Shown here: piece after piece, positions 45,471 to 52,127 of the stretch
Numbering within the stretch: the first letter of the stretch is position 1
Layout: the number at the start of each line of letters is the position of its first letter
Notes under the pieces: generated by a model
Databases searched by the model: none
What the model was told of the DNA's origin: nothing
The model's input: only the letters and a program-made list of their open reading frames with translations
Virus record (IMG/VR): IMGVR_UViG_3300036979_000430
Location: 1-52,127 of that record
Reading direction: 5' to 3' (one strand)
From: a virus
Taxonomy: Duplodnaviria; Caudoviricetes
Length of the DNA stretch: 52,127 bases
Translations under genes and position numbers: made by a program

Positions 45471-45961
45471 GCTTCCCCCTCGACAGCAGGCATCTCAAGG
45501 CCACGAGCGTTGATCTGCAACAATACCCGGCTTTCATCCTCCGGCGTCAAGCCAGCGGCGGCGATGGCATCCACCACGGCGGCAATGGTCTTGCGTTCGG
45601 TGCGGCGTTCGGCGGCGGCATCGCTGAAGTGATCACGCAACCTGGGGTGATGGGTTAGCAGCCAGGTGGCGGCCCAGGCGTTTGGTGCTATGCCATTTGC
45701 AGGGTCTCCAACTGCCGCAACCTGCAATCCAGATAGAAGGTTTTGGCACTTTTCAGCATCTGCCAGGAAAATAGCTTCCCGAAATTGATACTCAAGGCTG
45801 TCTTCGCCTTTCTCGTCTGCGTTTTGAATCCAACGACTGGCAGTTGATCGGCCAATCCCAAGCCGATCTGCGATTAAGGCGACAGGAAAACCATGCCCCG
45901 CCTCCAGCTTGGCTTTTGCCACCAGTTCGGTGGTGAGCTTGCTTGGGCGACCAGCGGGCAC
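45467..45961 (-). CDS. Terminase small subunit (HTH)
   Basis: GTG start (M)PAGRPSKLT, HTH IADRLGIGRSTASRW, then AWAATWLL. Confidence 0.75.
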   Translation of the reverse strand: MPAGRPSKLTTELVAKAKLEAGHGFPVALIADRLGIGRSTASRWIQNADEKGEDSLEYQFREAIFLADAEKCQNLLSGLQVAAVGDPANGIAPNAWAATWLLTHHPRLRDHFSDAAAERRTERKTIAAVVDAIAAAGLTPEDESRVLLQINARGLEMPAVEGEA

Positions 45962-46082
45962 AGGTTGTAGTGGTGGCGAATGGTTGCCGGATGGGACGCC
46001 CCCTGTAGATGTACCCCACAAGGGCCACCCGGCCCCCACATCATAAGCCATTGCCGCCGTTTTGGAAGGGCAGCAACGCAGA

Positions 46083-46769
46083 TCAAGCCTTCGCCAGTGT
46101 CACCCCAGCATCCTGCATTTGGTACTTGCCATCACCGTAGGGGGCGTCACAGGGCGCCCCTTCGTAGAACAGCGCCTGACAAATGCCCTCGTTGACGTAG
46201 ATGCGGCAGTCTGCCCCGCTGCTGTTGCTGATCTCCAAGGTCAGGTGTCCCTCCCAGCCGGCTTCGCCGGGGGTTGTGTTCACAATGATGCCGCAGCGGG
46301 CGTAAGTGCTTTTGCCGATGTAGACGGCTGTGACGTTAGGGGGTAGCTTTTGTCGTTCGAGCGTACCGCCAAGCCCGTAAGTGTGAGCGGGGAGGATGAT
46401 AAAAGATCCGGCCCGTTCGTCATGGTGCAGCTCTGCCGGCGCCAGACAGCGATCATCAAACGCCTTGGGATCCACGATCAGGCCAGGGACGTGCCGGAAG
46501 ACGCGGAAGTCGTGCGGATCTAGGCGTAGGTCGTAGCCGTAGGAGCTGGTGCCGTAGCTGATGACCTTGCGCTTGGAGTGGCCGTAGGGAGCATGGCCCG
46601 GAAGTGGGTTCTCCACCTCCCGGATCTTCCCCGGCTCAAACGGGCTGATCATGCCCTCGGCGGCGAGCTGACGGATGCGCCAATCGGGGATGGAGCTGGC
46701 TAGGTGCGGATTGCGGATAGTGCCTATGCCAGGGAAAAAAGCCTCTTGCTGCTCGGGTGTGGCGGTCAT
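46083..46769 (-). CDS. dcd: dCTP deaminase
   Basis: GMISPFEP, ISYGTSSYGYDLRL, GKSTYARCGIIVN.TP.EAGWEGHLTLE, NEGICQ and KYQ; ATGA-coupled start at 46769. Confidence 0.93.
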   Translation of the reverse strand: MTATPEQQEAFFPGIGTIRNPHLASSIPDWRIRQLAAEGMISPFEPGKIREVENPLPGHAPYGHSKRKVISYGTSSYGYDLRLDPHDFRVFRHVPGLIVDPKAFDDRCLAPAELHHDERAGSFIILPAHTYGLGGTLERQKLPPNVTAVYIGKSTYARCGIIVNTTPGEAGWEGHLTLEISNSSGADCRIYVNEGICQALFYEGAPCDAPYGDGKYQMQDAGVTLAKA

Positions 46770-48776
46770 TTGGTGGTGGGGGTGATGGGTTCGTAGATGA
46801 CGCGGGCACGGTGCTGAGCGATCTGGCGTAGGTCCGTCCAGAACGGTGCTTCGTGATCCGGGGGCAGGATCAACGCCTCGGGGACGCCAGCGGTGTTGCG
46901 CACGTTGAGGATACGCAGGCCCCAGCCGGGGGTCTTGGGGGTGGTCATGGCTGGGGCAATACGTCGGGCGGGCTGACGCGCAACCAGGCGGTTTCCATAT
47001 CCCGCCCAATGTCACGCACACCGCGCCATTGGGTGTTCTTGGGCTTGGTCACACTGCGCAGCCTGGCGAGTCCATTGTCGATCTTGTCAACCTGCCAATC
47101 CTTCAGGCGCGGAGATCGCCAGACCTCGCCAAGGCGGAAGCGGTCGGCAGGGGGTGGGGCTTGAGTTTCGCAGGGGTTCATCAGCCAGTCAGGGGTGAGC
47201 ATGGGGAGTAGTGGCGGGTGGCCTCATCTTCACAATCTCCTCCAGCTCAGATCGAGCCCGGTCCAGTTCGCGTTTTTGGCGTTCAACATTTTCATTGGCC
47301 TGCTTCAGTAGCTCAAGGTACGCGGCTTCCCATGTCTTGTGATACTTGTCAGATTTTTTATGCTGGGAAGTTAATGTCTCCGCCACATTGTCACGACTTC
47401 TCCACTCTACCTTGATCCACAAAAACTTTTCGGTTTCTTTGACCACTAAAACAGGTACAATTCTCGCTCCCCATCCTTCGATTTTCCACCAAGTCGCGGT
47501 TTGCTGCTCAGTGGTGTTGGTGTTGGTCATTCTGCTTCAGTTTCGGTGGTGTAAGTAAATACAGCGTGGCGAGTTATTGTGTAATCCATGTCACATTCCC
47601 CGCAAGTTACTTCGGCGGTATCACATAGCTCAAAATCATGGTCAATATCCCAAGGCTCTGTATTGATTGCCCCGCAAATCGGACAGACGGGGTTGGGATT
47701 GTCGCGGCAAGTAATCATGGTTCAATCCTCAATTCACATTCAAAAGCAATAATCGGCGGCGGCTCAACCACCCCATCAGTCGGGCCCGGCCTAGCGCGGC
47801 GCTGACAGTCTGCGCAGCCATAGGCCCAATCAAACTGCCCGTCTTCCTTGACGCCGGCACCGGGGCAGCCGAGCACCTCCCAGCCGTGGGCGCGGACGTG
47901 GGCGGGGCGGTTGGGGCCATGGCGATGAAACCGGATGCGGCCGTCATGGCGCATGGACTGGAGTCTGTAGTCAATTCGAGCCGCCTTTGATCCACCCCAA
48001 TCTCCACCAGGAGGCGTCAAATTGGGGTCAGAAAACGGATGCAGGTCGCTATCCCGCAGCGACAGCCAGATCAACCAGTCCAGCTCGTCGGTGCTCACGG
48101 GGTCAGGCATTGGGCCTCCGCAGCTCCCGGCCAACGGCCAGTGCCATGGACTCCCTCCCTGGGTCGATCGGTTGCCACCCTGCCTGGATCTCTGGCTGGT
48201 GGCACCCGACCGCGTAAAGAACGTCTGCAGTGGTGCTGGCGCCCCCGTACAGCTCGCTGAAGTAGGCGGCGATTTCGTGGGCCGCCGCTGCTGCACCATC
48301 GCGGCAGGTTGCGCACGGGGTCGAGCAGGGCCGGGCGCCGTCGCCGTCGCGGTCTGGGGCCATGGCAGCGCAAAGGGCGCGGGCGATGCGATCCGAGAGG
48401 GTGGGGTCAACCGTGGCCGGCTGCTCAGTGTGCGTGGGCATCGCCCACGGCGCTGCCTTCTGCGGCGCTGGCATGTCACACCAGGGGCCAGGCTTGTTGC
48501 GGTATTGCCAGGACCCGTCGGCGTTCTGTCGGACTGTTGAGCCTGCTGGGATAGGGGGGAATTGATCGCTCATGGTTCAGACGGCGGCGGGCTTGGGATG
48601 CGCTCGCCGAAGTAGGGCTGGTAGCCACCAATACGCTGAGGCCTGATCGGCAGCGGTGGACTGCTTCCCCGGCGGCGAGCATTGAACTCGCGCCAATGCT
48701 CATTCCGGGTTTGAAGAAACACAAAAATCCACGTCGAAGCAGATATGGCTAAAAGGCCAAGCAGGAGATCAGCCAT
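46766..48776 (-). other. Run of small coupled hypothetical genes (46766-46948, 46945-47202, 47189-47530, 47527-47718 zinc finger, 47715-48110, 48103-48573, 48570-48776 TM)
   Basis: Consecutive overlapping stop/start junctions; CPICG...CGEC in 47527-47718. Confidence 0.6.
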
Positions 48777-48978
48777 TGCTCCCCTCCAGTTCGGTGGCGA
48801 TGGCGAGCAGTTTTCTGTGATCCTGCACAAATTGCATAAGGGGCGCGGCGGCGCGGATTGCCGCGGCGGCAACCACATCCGGGCTGGCGGAGAGGTTGCG
48901 ATACTGATCCCAAAATGCTGCAATGACCGCGTCTTTCAATTTCTGCGCGGCGGGGCTCAGTGGCTTGGGGGTGGTCAT
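48769..48978 (-). CDS. Small helical protein (LSPAAQ...LLAIATELE), in frame with the unshifted FGE ORF
   Basis: Internal ATG at 48978 ([12 protein letters not shown]); paralogous to 49764-49940. Confidence 0.6.
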   Translation of the reverse strand: MTTPKPLSPAAQKLKDAVIAAFWDQYRNLSASPDVVAAAAIRAAAPLMQFVQDHRKLLAIATELEGSNG

Positions 48979-49018
48979 AATCCAAAGGCAAAGAATTAAA
49001 GGGCAAAAGGGTAAAGAA

Positions 49019-49767
49019 TTAGTCCTGGGGGAGGCAACAGACGCGGAAACCGATGTAGTTGTAGCGGTTGACCGGGAGGATGCTGAAGCGGCAGGCCGAA
49101 CGGCAGTACGCGGGGTGGTCGTTCCACGCCCCGCCGCGCAGCAGTCTTTGGACTTTCCCAGGCTGCAATCCTCCCAGGCACTGCCGTCATTGGGGGCGCC
49201 TTCGTAATCGCTGTGCCAGTGGTCCTGGCACCACTCCCAGACATTGCCGTGCATGTCATGCAAGCCCCAGGCATTGGCGGGGTAGCTGGCCACATCAACA
49301 GTCTCGGAGTCGTTGTAGTTGGCCTGCTCCGGCGTCAACGTGGCCCCAAAGTAAAACGGTGTGCTACTGCCGGCACGGCAGGCGTATTCCCACTGGGCTT
49401 CACTTGGCAGCCCGTAGCGCTTGCCCGTGCGCTGGCTCAGGCGGCGGCAAAACTCCTGCGCGTCGCGCCAGCTCACCATCTCTACCGGTCGCTGGTCGCC
49501 CTTGAAACAGGAAGGATCGGGTTCCAGGTCGCGCTCCACCTTCGGCCAACCCGCCACCGTCCGCCACTGGGCCTGGGTGGTCGGTGTCTGGGCCATCCAG
49601 AAGGCCCTCAGCGTCACCTGATGCTGGGGGCCTTCATCGTCGAACCGATCCGGCTCGCTCTCTGGAGAGCCCATCAGGAAGCTGCCGGCAGGGATCGGCA
49701 ACATGGTGATGGCAATTCCATCCCACCCTGGCTTTAGCTCTTGCTCGAATGTCATGGGGTTGGTCAT
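49019..49767 (-). CDS. FGE-sulfatase/C-type-lectin-fold protein, DGR-target-like; completed by a -1 frameshift at 49153-49159 (~249 aa)
   Basis: [31 protein letters not shown] and [16 protein letters not shown] in frame 0. The canonical end [17 protein letters not shown]......R...[11 protein letters not shown] is in the -1 frame. Confidence 0.8.
49022..49145 (-). other. Candidate DGR variable region (VR)
   Basis: Non-scaffold codons are nearly all NNC (AAC GAC CAC, TAC, TGC, TTC AGC ATC CTC, GTC AAC, TAC AAC TAC ATC), as expected for A-mutagenised AAC-type codons. Confidence 0.6.
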
Positions 49768-49940
49768 GGATCAAGTTCCTCGGCGATTTGATGTAATTGA
49801 TTTCGATCCAATGGCATCCTGGAGCAGCCCAGAAAAACCATTGCACGCAAGGCTTGGGCGGCAATTTCGGGGGCGTTAGGTCCGTACCCCTTAATAGCGG
49901 CCAGGATTGCTGTGGCTTCAGGGCTTAAAAGTGCGGTCAT
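49764..49940 (-). CDS. 58-aa small helical protein (not in ORF track)
   Basis: [16 protein letters not shown]...AAQALRA...[10 protein letters not shown]; ATGA-coupled on both sides. Confidence 0.6.
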   Translation of the reverse strand: MTALLSPEATAILAAIKGYGPNAPEIAAQALRAMVFLGCSRMPLDRNQLHQIAEELDP

Positions 49941-51447
49941 GGGGTGGTTTCCGGGGCTGACTGCACAACCTGGCGGAGAAACTCAATTTCGCCCTCCTGT
50001 AAATCCTCACTGACCACGTACCCAGCGGGCTTGAGCGGATCGAGGTCTTGACATTGCAGTGCTTCGACGGCTTCGGCATCAGTATCAAATGTCATGGGGC
50101 CTCGTTGGGTGTGAAGGTTGGCGCCACCGGGGCGGGCGGCAGCCGGGAGAAGTGGGTGTGGTGACCGGGCCAGTCGTTGTCGTTGGGGGTGCCAGCCCAT
50201 GGCGCATCTACATCCATGATCGGGAACAACCACCACAAGGCCGGCCCATCGTCCTCGTGCCATTGCTCGGCGGGGATAGCGACCTCTGGGGCTAGGGCTT
50301 GGCGGGCTTGGTGCATGGCCTGGTACCAGTCGTTGGTCCACTGCGGATCGGTCCCGATTTCAAATCCCGTGGGCGCCTGATCGTCCAGTTCAACCAATCG
50401 GGCCAAGGCGTCATGGACGGTGGGGATGGTCATGGCCTAACCTCCCGGTCCTGCGGTTCCGCAGCCTGCTGCAGCAGCTTGGCCTCCACAGCCTTAGCCC
50501 ATCGCCAAGGGCTCTGGCCCGCTTCCATTCCGGCATTGAACATATCAACAAGCAAAGAATACATCTCGATTTTGTCTATAATTGTAAAGTCAATTTTGTC
50601 AAGTTTGCGGTCTTCCATCATGCGATCAAACCACGGCTCAAAAGCAGCAAAGTCGCGCAAGTGGCCATCAGCGGGATCACCCTTGCCCCATGGACTAACA
50701 GGCCAGCCTGCGCTTTCGTCAGGCCAGGATTCACGCCAACCGCAGCGGCCAGGCCGAAAGCTGGTGAAGAATTGGCCATAGGGCAGGAACAGCCCACCCT
50801 GGCCGCTGTTGTCCCACCAGAAGCGACCGATCTGGCCGCCGTTGGAGTCGATGCGGAAGGTCATAGCTTCACCCCCAACGCAGGCGCCTGCCCGGCCAAC
50901 CACTCTTCCACAGCAGCCAGCGCTGGCGAGGGAATTAGGTGGCTGCCGACAGGGCACCAGAGCCACCGGTCCCTGTCGGCAGCAAAACCGAGGGGGCTCC
51001 AGGAACAGGTTTGATCAAGGAGAACGCGCTTCCCAATGCGTCGGCGAAACCGCACTACCCAAAGACGGGGATCCTGGCCATGGGCCCAGGCGGTGACGGT
51101 AAGGCCGATAGACGGATCGGCATAGATGGTTTGCTCAAGTGTGCTCATGGCTTCACCCCCCTAAAGTCGAGCCCAGGCACAACCGTGGCAGTCACCACAC
51201 GGTTAGGTACCGGCACGGGGTTTGCTTTGAGCCAGGCCTCGGCAATGGCGCGGGTCTCACTGTCTGCTAGCGGTTGCCACTGGCGCAGCCCCCACCCAAT
51301 CTTGTCAATCCAGGTGGTGTGCCGGTCCTTTTTGCGCCCGCTAGTGGTGCTGTAGGTGAATTTCAGGGCCCAGCGACCCACGGCGGCGCGGGCGGTGATG
51401 GTCAGGTGCCAGCCGTCGGCGGGGCCGGTGTAGATGGTGGTGTTCAT
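49937..51447 (-). other. Run of small coupled hypothetical genes (49937-50095, 50092-50433, 50430-50864, 50861-51148, 51145-51447)
   Basis: ATGA junctions at every boundary; 50092-50433 contains WHEDDGPALWW...HTHF.RLP. Confidence 0.6.
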
Positions 51448-52127
51448 GGCGAAGAATGGGTTGATACGGGTTCAGCAGCCTTGCGGCGGGGTTTCTTCTT
51501 AGCCACCTGCTCAGGCAGCACCTGCCCCTTGATGCGGGCGTAGCGGGCGTTGACGGCGGCCCAGACTTCCTCATCCAGGAACTCAAAATGCACCGTGCCT
51601 TTGAGGTGTGCTTTGAACTTGAAGAATCCCCAGGTGTACCACTCACCAGGCCAGAAGATGCCATCACCGGCTGGTTTCTCGGGTTGAGCCACCTCGTCGT
51701 AGCTGCGACCCGTGATGAAGCACAGCGCCTTGATCAGGTCGCGGATCTCATCGCTTTGGCTGCCGTAGGTCTTGATGTTGACGCCACGGTTGTCCCAGGC
51801 ACGCTCCGCCATGTAGGCGCGGATGAAGCGGCGGTTGAGCATGTAGCCGCTGTTCGTGACCCAGCCCTCCACACCCCAGCGGTTTTCCTTGGTGTGCTTG
51901 GTGAGGCTGTCGATGGCTTCCTCTACCGCACGATCAACCCGCTGGTCTTGGGTGCCGGCGACGATCTGGAGCATCCGGTAGATGTTCCGTTCAGTAAAGG
52001 GGATTTTGCTCTGCTGCTCAACAAAGGCATTGATGTCCTTTGCAAGCTGGCTGGTGGCCATCTGCGCGGGCAGGAACTCGGCAAAGACGTGCTTCCAGGC
52101 TGTCTTCTGCAGATCCTTGCGAAAGCG
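51444..52127 (-). CDS. DUF4942-like protein, 3' part (gene runs off the window edge)
   Basis: IPFTERNIYRML, DLIKALCFITG and WGFFKFKAHLKGTVHFEFLD; the frame stays open to the window end. This domain often follows a methyltransferase domain. Confidence 0.65.
   Translation of the reverse strand, partial: RFRKDLQKTAWKHVFAEFLPAQMATSQLAKDINAFVEQQSKIPFTERNIYRMLQIVAGTQDQRVDRAVEEAIDSLTKHTKENRWGVEGWVTNSGYMLNRRFIRAYMAERAWDNRGVNIKTYGSQSDEIRDLIKALCFITGRSYDEVAQPEKPAGDGIFWPGEWYTWGFFKFKAHLKGTVHFEFLDEEVWAAVNARYARIKGQVLPEQVAKKKPRRKAAEPVSTHSSP

Larger units (their letters stand above)
1..52127. mobile_element. Tailed phage / prophage genome segment (siphovirus-like, probably infecting picocyanobacteria)
   Basis: Terminase, portal, MuF, scaffold, capsid, tail chaperone with frameshift, tape measure, lysin and dense small overlapping genes (ATGA junctions). 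No host housekeeping context; no integrase or att site in the window. Confidence 0.95.

Noticed and set aside
46770-47021. Long N-terminal extension of dCTP deaminase
   Set aside because: The region is occupied by coupled small ORFs in other frames; the ATGA-coupled start at 46769 is better.
49019-49767. FGE gene as a simple pseudogene
   Set aside because: The break falls on a correctly phased GGGAAAG identical to the chaperone site and both frames remain open. Decay or assembly error is less likely but not excluded.
1-52127. Complete DGR (RT, TR, Avd) or retron
   Set aside because: No ORF with RT motifs and no second copy of the VR found by eye; only a target-like gene is supported.
1-52127. 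Integrase/att sites, tRNA or rRNA genes
   Set aside because: None recognisable, so prophage versus free phage cannot be decided from this window.

Overview
The window is a ~52 kb, GC-rich piece of a tailed (siphovirus-like) phage or prophage. A picocyanobacterial (Synechococcus/Cyanobium-like) host is my inference from the style of the tmk, dcd, sigma-factor, C39-lysin and FGE genes. Left arm (1-5.4 kb, + strand): a C5 DNA methyltransferase with a full-length overlapping second frame, modular repeat-built hypothetical genes and a Lar-zinc-finger/thymidylate kinase fusion. Centre (5.4-46 kb, mostly - strand), in transcription order: terminase, Tad1-like anti-defence protein, sigma factor, portal, an early-type islet, MuF, HNH, head-tail genes, frameshifting tail chaperone, major tail, tape measure, tail tip, scaffold, major capsid, fibre proteins and a lysis region containing a cyclooxygenase-like heme peroxidase. 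Right arm (46-52 kb, - strand): dCTP deaminase, small genes, an FGE/C-type-lectin gene and a truncated DUF4942-like gene. Highlights: (1) a DGR-type variable-region target gene whose variable C-terminus is reachable only by a -1 shift at CAGCCTGGGAAAG, the same 13-mer used by the tail-chaperone frameshift; (2) a COX-like dioxygenase inside the lysis cassette; (3) a GGAAAGCT motif upstream of many structural and lysis genes; (4) GUGAU-loop hairpins in the scaffold and capsid leaders; (5) a two-frame methyltransferase. I saw no integrase, reverse transcriptase, DGR template repeat, tRNA or CRISPR array. All family assignments are from motif recognition by eye, without database searches.
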